64,000 nt of DNA from Phycisphaerales bacterium (GCA_038231815.1 JBBRKQ010000007.1:1683-65682), one strand, 5' to 3'; counted from the stretch's first letter, positions 38,412 to 48,182 are shown. The notes: generated by a model not told the origin, from the sequence alone. Made by a program: numbers and translations.

Positions 38412-38710
38412 AGGTCACTCCAAAAAAGGCAGGATCACGACTGAAGCAAACGAAGCCAGACTCCATCTGACCGGGCTGGCAACGGCACGCCCGGACGAAG
38501 GAAACGGTCGCCTCGGGCATCCGAATGAACCAACGTGGCATTCGGCCCGATGTTGCGGTCCGAGCCGCGTTATTCGGCCCTTGCTGCTATCTTCCGTACT
38601 CTGTGCCGGGCGAATCGTACCGATGGACCGCCCTGACAGGTTGTTTTTCGCGGATATGACTCTGTTTGTCGGATCATCCTCTGACCATCGTTTGACTGGG
38701 CGAACGCATT

Positions 38711-39991
38711 ATGGGCCTTTACGACCGAGATTACGTGAAGACATCGAACCCTGCATCCTTGGGCAATCCGGCGGGGGGTGGCGGTGGCCGTTTTGGCCGA
38801 GGCGGGAGGTTTGGTGGCGGCGGCGGGGGTGGCAACTTCTTCCAGCGAGTACGCGAATGGTCATTTAACACCTGGCTGATTGTGGTCAACATCGCCGTGT
38901 TCATGTTCTTTGGCATTTTCTTTTACAATCAAAACAACGATGTGACCATCAGTTGGGGTCGTGAGTATTTTAAGGACGTCGCGCCGGCAGTGATCGAGCG
39001 AGGAGTGATTGTGCCCGGACCGCGCGAACGGCACCCGACGCTGGCGAATGTAACTTACAATCGAATTGTCGATCCGCAAGATGTACTCAAGACCGATTCC
39101 GGAGTCTTGGTGCTCGATCCAAAGACCGGCCAACCGATCCGGCGAACCATCGGCCGTCAACGGTTCATGACCGAACGGGTTGATCAGGCATTCGGGCACT
39201 TTTCAACCGGCAAAGGCTTCATGGAGTTTGAAGTCTGGCGTGTGCTGACTTTTCAGTTCCTGCATGCCAACATGACCCATCTTCTGTTCAACATGCTCGG
39301 GCTGTTCATGTTTGGAGGGCTAGTCGAGCAAGCGCTCGGTAAGAAGCGTTACGCGGCGTTTTATCTTGTGTGTGGTATCGCCGGCGCTTTGATGTACCTG
39401 CTCCTGAACTTCACCGGCAATCTGCTGCTGCTGACGGGCATGAAATTTCCGGGCCTGCTCTTTGACGATCTCTACACGCCGTTGGTCGGCGCTTCTGCGG
39501 GTATCTTTGGTGTGCTGCTGGCGGCGGCGTTTTTGGCACCCAACGAGATCGTTATGGTCTTCTTTGTCCTGCCGATGAAACTCAAGCACGCGGTCTACGC
39601 GTTCGTAGCCATTGCACTGGGCAGCCTGATCTGGGGAACCAACAACGCCGGCGGCGAGGCCGCCCACATCGGCGGGGCGATGGCCGGAGCGTTCTTCATT
39701 CGGCGGACGTACTTGCTACGGGACTTCTTTGATGTGCTTGGCCCCCGAAAGCCCGGGGGCAAACCAAGACCGCCGCGGGGTTACAACCCGAAGCTAACGT
39801 ACGTTGCGGGGGCAGATACGCTGGCAGGTTCTGACGCAACGGCATCGGTAGCCACGCCGACGGCGGAAGCGGCCGAAGTAGACAGAATCCTTCAGAAGCT
39901 AAGCACCGAGGGCCGCGCCGGACTGACCGAAACGGAGTTGGCCACGCTGGAATCGCACCGCGCGCGATTGCAGGCCCAGGAAAAGCGTTAG
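38711..39991 (+). CDS. Rhomboid-family intramembrane serine protease with a Gly/Arg-rich N-terminus
   Basis: FQFLHANMTHLLFNMLGLFMFG, the active-site GASAGIFGVLLAA, and HIGGAMAGAFF. Confidence 0.88.
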   Translation: MGLYDRDYVKTSNPASLGNPAGGGGGRFGRGGRFGGGGGGGNFFQRVREWSFNTWLIVVNIAVFMFFGIFFYNQNNDVTISWGREYFKDVAPAVIERGVIVPGPRERHPTLANVTYNRIVDPQDVLKTDSGVLVLDPKTGQPIRRTIGRQRFMTERVDQAFGHFSTGKGFMEFEVWRVLTFQFLHANMTHLLFNMLGLFMFGGLVEQALGKKRYAAFYLVCGIAGALMYLLLNFTGNLLLLTGMKFPGLLFDDLYTPLVGASAGIFGVLLAAAFLAPNEIVMVFFVLPMKLKHAVYAFVAIALGSLIWGTNNAGGEAAHIGGAMAGAFFIRRTYLLRDFFDVLGPRKPGGKPRPPRGYNPKLTYVAGADTLAGSDATASVATPTAEAAEVDRILQKLSTEGRAGLTETELATLESHRARLQAQEKR

Positions 39992-40104
39992 CAAGGAGCA
40001 AGTTGCCGCGGTCTGAGCCCGCTGCCAAGCCCGGCCCGGTGCCAAGTCCAGTCCGGTACCAAGTCCAGTCCGGTCCAAGCTCATTTTCAAGGCCACATCC
40101 GGTG

Positions 40105-41037
40105 TCACTTTCCGGGCGCAAAGAGTTCAGCCGGTGGCTGCACCGGCGTGTAAGGCATGATAAAAACGCCTCGAACTGGCTTGGTATTAACCTCGGCTTT
40201 GGCGTTCTTTGCTGTTCCACCGGCGACACGGTTCATCCGCAGGCCCATCACCGGTATGCCGACGGTGCAGGGGCCGAAGCTTGGCAGCGATCCGGCGATG
40301 ATCGGTGTGCAAACCAGTCGAGCCGTGTCATCAGCCGGAAAGTTTGGATCGTAAAGCATGACATCAAAGCCGCCAGCGCGTGGCTTGATGGCTGTGGCGA
40401 CAACCTGATGGTTGTCTGTAAGCTGGCCCCGACTATAAGAGCCGGAACCGGATGTGCCGACATACACCAGCCCCAGCATCGATATGTTGCCAGCGGCGAG
40501 TGTGCGCACAACTCGGGCCATCTCCGCGGCGGTCATCGCCCGCGTACCCATGGGGCCGTTGTCGCGGGCGCTCATCCATGCCGCAAATCGCAGGGCTTGG
40601 GGCAAGCCAGCGCTTAGCCCGCCGAGCGAATCCAACTGGCGGCGGTGCAAATATTCTCGCAGCGGTGTGCCGGCTTGGGGCTGAGCAGCGGAGCCCGCCA
40701 CTGTTGCAGCCGCGGCGGGCACGGCCCGGTGCGCGAGAAAAAAATCCGCAGCAGCGAACGACATGCCGCCACACAGACCATAGCTGCTCTGCTGAATAAG
40801 CCCACCCAGCACGCCGAAGGACTTGGGCAGCACACTGCCACTGAAGTGGTTGACAAATACGAAGCCGTGCTTTGAAGGCAAAAAACCTGAACGAGCCGGG
40901 ATGGAAGATGTGGGTACCGCGGGACCCGAATTGGCACCGATGGCCAAGCCAGTCAGAATCGCCGCGACGGTGAGCACTGCGGCGAGAATCCCAAGCGACG
41001 CGATTCGAGACGCGTGCGGCCCGCTGGTGTGCCTCAT
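40105..41037 (-). CDS. Membrane-anchored hypothetical protein, possibly a papain-like cysteine peptidase fold
   Basis: The N-terminal TM is IASLGILAAVLTVAAILTGLAI. A candidate Cys-His-Asp arrangement is SYGLCGGMSFAA ... DNHQVVATAI ... VMLYDPNFP. Its start overlaps the stop of the upstream CDGSH gene. Confidence 0.7.
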   Translation of the reverse strand: MRHTSGPHASRIASLGILAAVLTVAAILTGLAIGANSGPAVPTSSIPARSGFLPSKHGFVFVNHFSGSVLPKSFGVLGGLIQQSSYGLCGGMSFAAADFFLAHRAVPAAAATVAGSAAQPQAGTPLREYLHRRQLDSLGGLSAGLPQALRFAAWMSARDNGPMGTRAMTAAEMARVVRTLAAGNISMLGLVYVGTSGSGSYSRGQLTDNHQVVATAIKPRAGGFDVMLYDPNFPADDTARLVCTPIIAGSLPSFGPCTVGIPVMGLRMNRVAGGTAKNAKAEVNTKPVRGVFIMPYTPVQPPAELFAPGK

Positions 41038-41306
41038 CAGCCTTGGCCCCCTACCACCGGCGTCGGTTGTGTGTCACCCGCGGGCGCCGTCGGATCATCG
41101 GTAACGGTGAGCACGGTGGATCCATCCTCGCTGTAGGTGTAGAGCTTGCCGGGAAGTTCCTGGCGGGCGAGTTTGTGTCCACCGTCGCAGTACGGGAACT
41201 TTTTACTGAGGCCGCAGGTGCAGATGGAGATGGCTTTGCCATCGGCCAGCAGCGAAGCATCGATGCGGAAGGGGGAGGTCATGGTGAGGCGGACGAGTCT
41301 TGCCAT
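41037..41306 (-). CDS. CDGSH-type iron-sulfur domain protein
   Basis: CTCGLSKKFPYCDGGHK matches C-x-C-x2-S/T-x3-P-x-C-D-G-x-H. I chose the internal Met (MARLVRLTM) as the start. Confidence 0.85.
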   Translation of the reverse strand: MARLVRLTMTSPFRIDASLLADGKAISICTCGLSKKFPYCDGGHKLARQELPGKLYTYSEDGSTVLTVTDDPTAPAGDTQPTPVVGGQG

Positions 41307-41516
41307 GGGTGAGGGTATCGCGGCGGAGCGGGGTTTTTGTAGCAAGACCCGGGCAAATGGGTGATTCGATGCGTTTATGGTAACTGAAAGGGGAAGGAGA
41401 GAAGATTTTGACGGCAATGTCCGTTTGCAATTCCAACTCCACGCGCGTTACCGCACCCAAGCAAGAATACGTGCCTGGTGTCACTCCCAGACGGTCTGTC
41501 ACTCCCGCGCCCAAGT

Positions 41517-44042
41517 CTACTTACCCACGGTCCATTCCAGGATTCCGGTGGACATGCCATCCGGCAGCGTGATGTTGAGGCGAAGGGCCCTCGTTTCAAT
41601 CGCGCTGAAGCGCAGCACGCTGGGGGCATTCAACGCAATTGCGCCACCGGTGGGATCGCTCACGGGGGACCATGTCTTTCCGTCGGCTGCAAGAAATTGC
41701 AGCTCAAATGCCTTCGGCAACCGGCACTGACCAACCCCGGTGTCATCAAACCACCAGATCGAAACCTCACTGAGTTTGCGTGGGTTTGTAAAGTCGTACC
41801 GCACCCATTGTCCGGTGTCTTTTCCGTCGTTCTCTCCACCTTTCTTGGGCCAGAAGGTAAACCGCGGGATGGTGCCATCGGCGGCACTTTCGGGCACAAC
41901 GCGGTCGAACATTGCCACCAGGCCCTCACCATTGCCGGTATAGGAGGCAGTTGCCGTAATACCAGCCCGGGGCTGCGGGGCGATGACTTGTGGTGTCTCC
42001 GCCAGCCACACGTTCATGGCTTGGCCGGGCTCGCGATTGGCCCACATGAAATAGGGTCGCATCGTAATCGTTTCAGGTGAGAGTACCTGGCCGGTGCGAT
42101 AAAGGCTCTCGCTCTCGTTGTCATCACCACCGGCAGCAGCGGATACAACAGAACCCGTTGCCGTCAGCACCGGTACTCCATCAACGATTTCTCCCTCACG
42201 AATCTGCGCGGAAGCTGGGAGGATGAGGCGCTGCATGTTGACCGATGTCGCCTCGGCACCTTCCAAGGCCGTGTTGTCCGCCGCTTCCACGGCATAGACC
42301 AGCGGTCCGCGCATAATCGCAGCCCGACCGAAGCTCGCCTTGACTCGCGGGTCGGAATACACGCGGCGAATCGGCAACGGAATCTTAAAAGTGTTACTGA
42401 GAGTCTGCCCCGGGTTGACGGGGAGTCGGCGATAGCCATCTGCACCCGCGGCCGGCCCGATCGCACCCATGCGACTGGTTGCGGCCTGAGCCAGCATCGC
42501 GGAAGTCTGGCGAATGGCGAGCGTGATGCGTTTGTCGCCGGTGTTTCGGACCGAGATGGTCATCTGCCCACCGTACGGATAATCGGTCTTCTGTTCAATC
42601 TCAACGGCCTTGCCCGCTGACATAAGCGTGGCTTTACTCTCGATGAACAAGTTTACATACACCGTGTCGGAAGCCTCTCCCCCGACGGCATAAATGTTTC
42701 GGCCCAGTGAAGCGAAGAATCGAAGTACATTTGGCGGGCAGCAGGCGCAGGCGAACCAATCGCTGCGAGCGTGGCCGCCGCGGCTGGCCATAGGGTTCAC
42801 GTAAAAGAACTTGGATCCATCGAGCGACACCCCGGCGAGCACAGCGTTGTAGAGCGTTTTTTCAAACTGCTCCATGTACCTGGCATCAGGTTCCAGAATA
42901 AACATCCGCTGGGCCCACTGGCATAGTGCGATCGAGGCGCACGTTTCCTGGTACGCGGAAGTTACCGGGATATCAAACGGGACAGTGAAGCCTTCGTTGT
43001 GCCCGCTCGGGCCGATGCCCCCGGTCACGAAGATTCGCCGCTGGGTGATGTCGTGCCACAAGGCCTGCAGCGCGGGCGTGTACTTTGGCTCGCCACGGGC
43101 GGCTAGATCTGTCATTGCGGCATACATGTAGCCAGCCCGCACTGCGTGACCTGCGGCCTCAGTCTGCTCGGCGGCTGGCTTGTGGTCCTGGGCGTAATCG
43201 CCCCAAGGTGCAATCGTCTGGCCATCCAGCGTGCGATGAGGGCGGCCACGCATCTCGATAAATGCCGATGCGAGGTTGCGGTACTTAAACTGGCTCGTGG
43301 CATCGGCAAGACGCACAAGGGCGAGTTCAATTTCCTGATGGCCCGAGGGCGTGCTGAGTTTGCCGGGGGCGTAAACGTCTTCCAGAAGATCCGCGGCCTT
43401 GATCGCCACATCGAGCAGCGTGCGTTTGCCTGTGCATTCAAAGTGGGCCACACCCGCCTCAATCAGGTGGCCAAGACAGTAGGTTTCGTGATCGTTGATG
43501 TCGTTGGAGAATCGTTTGTCAACACCAACCTTCAGCGTGTAATAGGTGTTGATGTAACCATCGGGGTACTGCGCCGCGGCAACTTTGGCGATGAGGGCAT
43601 CAAGGTCTTTATCAAGTTGGCCTTTGACGATCGGGTCAGACTCCGTCGCAATGAGGTACGCCCAGCCTTCCATCATTTTGTAGACATCTGAATCGTTGAA
43701 GAGCAAGCCTTGAAACTCTGCTGGCTGGTCACCCGCAACCGCGGGCTCGTTCTTGATTTTCTTGGCAGCGTTTTCAAAGTTGGCGATGCGGCCGGTGCTG
43801 TCACACTGGTGGCGATTGGCCGCGAGGGTGCCGGCTCGCACGGCGGCAATTCGCGGCCCCCAGAAACTGCCGCCAATTGAGACCGCGTTCACAGCTGCGG
43901 GGGTGATGCGAGGGAGGGAGTAGGCAGGCGGTGCAAGCTGCACGATATTCGCTACTGGCGCGGGTGCATCTGCTGGCTGGGTTGCCAAGCATGCCGCGGC
44001 CAGCAGAGGAAACGCGAGTTGCAGCGAACTGAAGTTGTACAT
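41517..44042 (-). CDS. Glycoside hydrolase family 127 (beta-L-arabinofuranosidase-like, DUF1680) with a C-terminal discoidin (F5/8 type C)-like domain
   Basis: The signal peptide is MYNFSSLQLAFPLLAAACLA. GH127-like stretches are DSDVYKMMEGWAYLI, HETYCLGHLIEAGVAHF, GHQEIELALVRL and CCPPNVLRF. The C-terminus has QWVRYDFTNPRKLSEVSIWWFDD. Confidence 0.88.
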   Translation of the reverse strand: MYNFSSLQLAFPLLAAACLATQPADAPAPVANIVQLAPPAYSLPRITPAAVNAVSIGGSFWGPRIAAVRAGTLAANRHQCDSTGRIANFENAAKKIKNEPAVAGDQPAEFQGLLFNDSDVYKMMEGWAYLIATESDPIVKGQLDKDLDALIAKVAAAQYPDGYINTYYTLKVGVDKRFSNDINDHETYCLGHLIEAGVAHFECTGKRTLLDVAIKAADLLEDVYAPGKLSTPSGHQEIELALVRLADATSQFKYRNLASAFIEMRGRPHRTLDGQTIAPWGDYAQDHKPAAEQTEAAGHAVRAGYMYAAMTDLAARGEPKYTPALQALWHDITQRRIFVTGGIGPSGHNEGFTVPFDIPVTSAYQETCASIALCQWAQRMFILEPDARYMEQFEKTLYNAVLAGVSLDGSKFFYVNPMASRGGHARSDWFACACCPPNVLRFFASLGRNIYAVGGEASDTVYVNLFIESKATLMSAGKAVEIEQKTDYPYGGQMTISVRNTGDKRITLAIRQTSAMLAQAATSRMGAIGPAAGADGYRRLPVNPGQTLSNTFKIPLPIRRVYSDPRVKASFGRAAIMRGPLVYAVEAADNTALEGAEATSVNMQRLILPASAQIREGEIVDGVPVLTATGSVVSAAAGGDDNESESLYRTGQVLSPETITMRPYFMWANREPGQAMNVWLAETPQVIAPQPRAGITATASYTGNGEGLVAMFDRVVPESAADGTIPRFTFWPKKGGENDGKDTGQWVRYDFTNPRKLSEVSIWWFDDTGVGQCRLPKAFELQFLAADGKTWSPVSDPTGGAIALNAPSVLRFSAIETRALRLNITLPDGMSTGILEWTVGK

Positions 44043-44126
44043 GAGACCTCCGAGTGCCGAGGGCGGGAACAGGCTGAAAGATATACAAGCATACCAGCCC
44101 GGTTGCCCCTCTCATTGCGAACGTCA

Positions 44127-45305
44127 TCACCCCACAGGCGCCGGCTCCGCAGCGAGCGTGGACATCGCCCGACGGTACAGCTTCCAGACCATCGCGGTCC
44201 CCAGAATCGCCAGAATCCACCACACGATCCCGCCGACGACTACCCGAATCAGGAACGCTGTCGTATCAGCCAGTGCGTGCAGTGCGGAACTCCACGCGCT
44301 CTCGATGCTGGTGAGGAAGTACTCACTGATGCCTTCGGCCTTCTCAACTACAGGCTTGGGCCCATCGGCGGCCCGAATGGTCACCAGCACCGTGGCCAGC
44401 GAAACCAGACGGCCAATTCGCTCACGCTGCCCGCTGAGCGACTCGATCAGACCGCGAACCGCGGCCAGTTGCGCACGAATTTCCATGAGATCCTTCAGGG
44501 GTGCATCAGGCCGCTTGTCGACCAGCGCCAGCAACTCGCGCTCAATGCGCTGCTCGTTGCGGATGCGTGCCTCTAGGTCCACCACCGCATCGGTCACGTC
44601 CTGACCGGAGGCAGCTTCGGCAGTAACAGTACCCAGCAGTCTTAGTTGATTCAGTACCTCACTGAGCCGAGATGAGGTGACCCGGAGCGTGATCGTTGCC
44701 GCAGCGGTGGAACCCTCGCCAGTCAGCGACGAAGTCTCGATGTACTCACCCAGCGCCTCGTTTATTGCCATGCCGGCCTTAGAGAATGTGGACCGAACCT
44801 GCCCGCTGGTTAAATCCAGCGTGGCTTTGCGGATGACAAAACGGTCAGGAGAAATCGCCGCCGGTGGTGCGGTGGCATCGCCCTTGTTTTCTGGCAAGCC
44901 GGCAAGAAGTCCTGCAGCAGTGCCCTGCCGGTTCAGGGAGCGTCCTTCGGCCCCTCGCCATACATCCGAAGGGGCTAGCGCTGCAGGTGCTGCAGATTCA
45001 GCGACTCCCCGAGCCACCGAACTGCGGGAAGAAGCTCTGGCCTTGCCCATCGCAGGCAGCAATGCCACCGTGATAAGCATCACGATGAACAGGCTGGCCG
45101 CGACGAAAACCCACGATGGCCCGACTCTTCGCTGCCAGAACGGCGCAGAATTCGCTGTAGCGGGTGCGACTTGCTCGAGAGCCATGCGCCAGAGTCCGGC
45201 AGCAGCCTGGGGGCTATTGCTCGACTTGTTCCAATCGGTGATCGCCGCCAGGCCGCGTTCTACATCTGCGGCGTTGTCAATCGTGTTCATGTTGTCACTC
45301 TTCAT
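44127..45305 (-). CDS. DUF4349-domain membrane protein (probable anti-sigma partner)
   Basis: FVIRKATLDLTSGQVRSTF...ITLRVTSSRLSEVLNQLRLLGTV...VDLEARIRNEQRIERELLAL, plus a C-terminal TM. It overlaps the upstream ECF sigma gene by 4 nt. Confidence 0.85.
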   Translation of the reverse strand: MKSDNMNTIDNAADVERGLAAITDWNKSSNSPQAAAGLWRMALEQVAPATANSAPFWQRRVGPSWVFVAASLFIVMLITVALLPAMGKARASSRSSVARGVAESAAPAALAPSDVWRGAEGRSLNRQGTAAGLLAGLPENKGDATAPPAAISPDRFVIRKATLDLTSGQVRSTFSKAGMAINEALGEYIETSSLTGEGSTAAATITLRVTSSRLSEVLNQLRLLGTVTAEAASGQDVTDAVVDLEARIRNEQRIERELLALVDKRPDAPLKDLMEIRAQLAAVRGLIESLSGQRERIGRLVSLATVLVTIRAADGPKPVVEKAEGISEYFLTSIESAWSSALHALADTTAFLIRVVVGGIVWWILAILGTAMVWKLYRRAMSTLAAEPAPVG

Positions 45306-45919
45306 ACCGTCCCCACTTTCCTACCTGCGTTAATGGCCTGGGTGCTTTGCAGGGCGGTACGTAACTCGGCCAGCGCTGCTGCCAATCGCGACTTCAGCGT
45401 GCCGACGGGAATACCCATCACATCCGCAGCCTGCAGATGGGTGAGGCCCCGGTGATAGCACAACAGCAAGAGCAGCCGCGTGTGCGGGGCGAGGGCCTGA
45501 ACGGCCGTGCGCACATCATCGTCATTGTCAGCGCTGGTCACCAGTCGCAGCGGTGATTCCGATCCCGCGGCCGTCGAAACAGGCGCGACTACGGGCGGCC
45601 ATTTCAACTCTGGTGATGCATCCCGCAGGTCGCGACATCGGTTGATGACGATGCGGTACATCCAAGTGCGAAAACTGCTGCGTCCGGCGAAAGCACCGGC
45701 GTGTTTTATCACACGGAGCCAGGATTCCTGCACGGCATCCTGCGCTAACTGATGGTGCCCACTGAGCAGCCCCGCGGCAAGCCCCAGCAAGTTGAGCTCA
45801 TATCGCTCGGCGAGTTCGCCCAGCGCGGCGGTGTCTCCGCGCGCAAACCGGGCGATGAGCTGTTCATCGGCCGCTAACACGGGCGTACGGGGCGGAGGTT
45901 GGCTGGCGGTTTCGGGCAT
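45302..45919 (-). CDS. ECF-type RNA polymerase sigma-70 factor
   Basis: Region 2 is DAVQESWLRVIKHAGAFAGRSSFRTWMYRIVINRCRDL. Region 4 is LTHLQAADVMGIPVGTLKSRL. Confidence 0.9.
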   Translation of the reverse strand: MPETASQPPPRTPVLAADEQLIARFARGDTAALGELAERYELNLLGLAAGLLSGHHQLAQDAVQESWLRVIKHAGAFAGRSSFRTWMYRIVINRCRDLRDASPELKWPPVVAPVSTAAGSESPLRLVTSADNDDDVRTAVQALAPHTRLLLLLCYHRGLTHLQAADVMGIPVGTLKSRLAAALAELRTALQSTQAINAGRKVGTV

Positions 45920-45940
45920 GTGGGTACGGTCTCCAAGTAT

Positions 45941-45970
45941 TTAGACCGGAGGGGTGGGGTGTTGGTTCGG
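45941..45970 (-). promoter_or_regulatory. Candidate ECF-type autoregulated promoter
   Basis: The minus strand reads GAACC - N17/18 - GTCTAA about 25 nt upstream of the sigma ATG. GGAG lies 11 nt before the ATG. Confidence 0.35.
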
Positions 45971-46128
45971 CAAAGTCGAGAGATTTGCAAGATCGCGTGC
46001 GGGGTCGGCGAACTGGCGAGATTTCAGCGATGGTGCTGGTTAGGCGGTGGGGTTGGATGGCGGCCGCTGGCCGGCTAGCCCTACCAACTGCATGGTGCCG
46101 CATGCCGCGAGGCCAACGATGCCGACGG

Positions 46129-46326
46129 TCAAGAGCAGGGTCCCGGGCTGGAGAGCGCGCGCCACGAACGTAAAGAACCAGAGTGCTTGGCCAAGGTCTG
46201 GGAGACCTTCTCCGGGCTGAAAAGACCTGCGAACAAGCCGAGGCCGAGAGCTCCGATTACGGAAACTATGAGCAGAGCAAGCCCGAAGGTAGCGAGTATT
46301 GCAAATATTCTGAGCTCATCGCGCAC
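46129..46326 (-). CDS. Possible small membrane protein (weakly supported)
   Basis: 65-aa ORF with one clear hydrophobic span (IFAILATFGLALLIVSVIGALGLGLFAGLF). There is no convincing RBS, and third-position GC is lower than in neighbouring genes. Confidence 0.25.
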   Translation of the reverse strand: MRDELRIFAILATFGLALLIVSVIGALGLGLFAGLFSPEKVSQTLAKHSGSLRSWRALSSPGPCS

Positions 46327-46510
46327 TTACAAAAAGCCGAGATGATTTACGTGGCAGAACTCAAATCCAGCCACGTCTTTGCATGGGGGAACGATCAACC
46401 GTCCCAATCCGGCAGAGAGTCTGGCGTACTATTTCTTGAATCGCAAGGCGACCGGCGCCTAGGGCGAGAGCGTCAGGTGCTTTCATTCTTCCTGCTTCAG
46501 GACACTGCCC

Positions 46511-47557
46511 ATGCAACCTCGTCTTCTCCTTCTCGCCGCGGCTTTGGCTTTGCCTGTCTTTGGCGTCATGGTGCTGGCGGCTCAGCCTGCTACCTCCCCT
46601 ACCACTGCCTCCCCCACCACTGCCGCACCTGCTGCTGGAACGCCTGCGGGGGCTGCGACGGCTGCAACCGCAAAGGCCAAGATTTACGATGAGTCGGCAG
46701 ATGCCAAAGTTCAGATTGACGCCGCCAAGGCCAGAGCCAAGAAGGAGAACAAACGGGTCCTCATTCAGTGGGGTGGCAACTGGTGCCCGTGGTGCATTCG
46801 GCTGCATGAACTGTGCAAGAGCAACCGCGAGATTGCGCACGAATTGAGTTATGAGTATGAAGTGGTAATGGTGGATGCGGGCAAGCCGGTGGGCAAGAAC
46901 ATAGAACTGGCAAAATCGTTCGGGGCGGATTTGGAAAAGTCCGGCTTCCCCTACCTCACCATACTTGATGCCGACGGCAAGGTGCTTGCCAACCAAGAGA
47001 CCGAAGCGCTCGAGGTTAAGAGTGCGGATGGTAAATCAAGCGGTGTCAAGGCCGGGCACGACCCCGCGGCCATGCTGAAGTTCTTGAAAGACCACAAGGC
47101 CACTTATCTGCCAGCCAAGGATGTGCTCGCCGCGGGTTTGGCCGAGGCCAAAGCCGGCGGCAAACGCGTGTTCCTGCACTTTGGTGCCCCGTGGTGCGGG
47201 TGGTGCCACCGGCTTGAGGGATGGATGGCCAAGCCAGAAATCGCGGCACTACTGAGTAAGGAGTTTGTGGATGTAAAAGTTGACACCGACCGCACCGTTG
47301 GCGGGCAAGCGATGCTGGATGCAATGAGCGGCGGTAAAAGCGGCGGAATCCCTTGGTTCGTGCTACTGGATGAAACCGGCAAAGAAATCATCAACAGCAG
47401 CGGACCGAAGGGAAATACCGGCTTTCCCAGCGAGCCGGCGGAGGTTGACTACTTTGAGCTGATGCTAAAGAAGGCGGCAAAGAACCTAAAGGCCGAAGAG
47501 ATTGCTGCAATTGTTGGTTCGCTGCGGGAGAAGCCCAAGGCGGCGGCAGCAAAGTAA
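46511..47557 (+). CDS. Secreted protein with two thioredoxin-fold domains
   Basis: The signal peptide is MQPRLLLLAAALALPVFGVMVLAAQP. The two CxxC sites are GGNWCPWCIRL and GAPWCGWCHRL. Confidence 0.85.
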   Translation: MQPRLLLLAAALALPVFGVMVLAAQPATSPTTASPTTAAPAAGTPAGAATAATAKAKIYDESADAKVQIDAAKARAKKENKRVLIQWGGNWCPWCIRLHELCKSNREIAHELSYEYEVVMVDAGKPVGKNIELAKSFGADLEKSGFPYLTILDADGKVLANQETEALEVKSADGKSSGVKAGHDPAAMLKFLKDHKATYLPAKDVLAAGLAEAKAGGKRVFLHFGAPWCGWCHRLEGWMAKPEIAALLSKEFVDVKVDTDRTVGGQAMLDAMSGGKSGGIPWFVLLDETGKEIINSSGPKGNTGFPSEPAEVDYFELMLKKAAKNLKAEEIAAIVGSLREKPKAAAAK

Positions 47558-47581
47558 CTCCCGGTCGGCCTCGTTGAGCGA

Positions 47582-47620
47582 CCCCGATTCATAACCACCC
47601 CGATTCATAACCATTGGTTA
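47582..47620. repeat. 16-nt direct tandem duplication overlapping a 7-bp-arm palindrome
   Basis: ccccgattcataacca occurs twice (47582-47597 and 47598-47613). It is followed by ataacca-t-tggttat. The site lies between convergent genes. Confidence 0.6.
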
Positions 47621-47663
47621 TTCGTGGGCTATCGCGATGTCATCTCAGTGCACGAACAAGCAC

Positions 47664-48182
47664 TCACTCTGCGTGCAATACCCGTACTACACCTTCGTGG
47701 TGCCTCACCTCCGGCTCGCCCGGTTCCGGAAAATCTATCCCCACGACATCAATCCTTCTGGGCTGGCCTTGCCAGTTGTTGGCCTTGGTTAAATAGGAAA
47801 GCATCGAGCGTAGCTTTGCGCGTTTTTCGGCATCCACCTGCGCCTCAGGTCTGGGCTGGCCCGGCATGGGCACGCGGGCTTTGACTTCAACAATCACAAT
47901 CGTCTTGCCGTCCGGGTCACGGGCGATGATGTCAAGTTCACCCATCGGCAGTACCACGCTCCGCCACAACACGACGTAGCCCTTGTTTTGCAGGTATCGT
48001 GCGGCTAGCGCTTCGCCACGCCGGCCAAGCTTGTTGTGCGCGCCAGCCCGCCTCCCGCGACCCTGAACAAACTGGACAAAGCTTTGAGCCGCCTGACCAA
48101 GCGCCTTGCGAAACGAAACGGCCTGTGTACCCGATCGCATCATGCGCTGTTCTGCCTGAAACATCTGGAACCGACGCCGCAA
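47664..48182 (-). CDS. yraN: YraN-family (UPF0102) endonuclease-like protein
   Basis: GRRGEALAARYLQNKGYVVLWRSVVLPMGELDIIARDPDGKTIVIVEVKAR. Confidence 0.85.
   Translation of the reverse strand: MRRRFQMFQAEQRMMRSGTQAVSFRKALGQAAQSFVQFVQGRGRRAGAHNKLGRRGEALAARYLQNKGYVVLWRSVVLPMGELDIIARDPDGKTIVIVEVKARVPMPGQPRPEAQVDAEKRAKLRSMLSYLTKANNWQGQPRRIDVVGIDFPEPGEPEVRHHEGVVRVLHAE

Noticed and set aside
46183-46996. ORFs 46183-46692 (+) and 46361-46996 (-), which overlap the 5' part of the thioredoxin-fold gene
   Set aside because: The 46511-47557 frame has a signal peptide and two CxxC thioredoxin motifs. The overlapping frames have no features.
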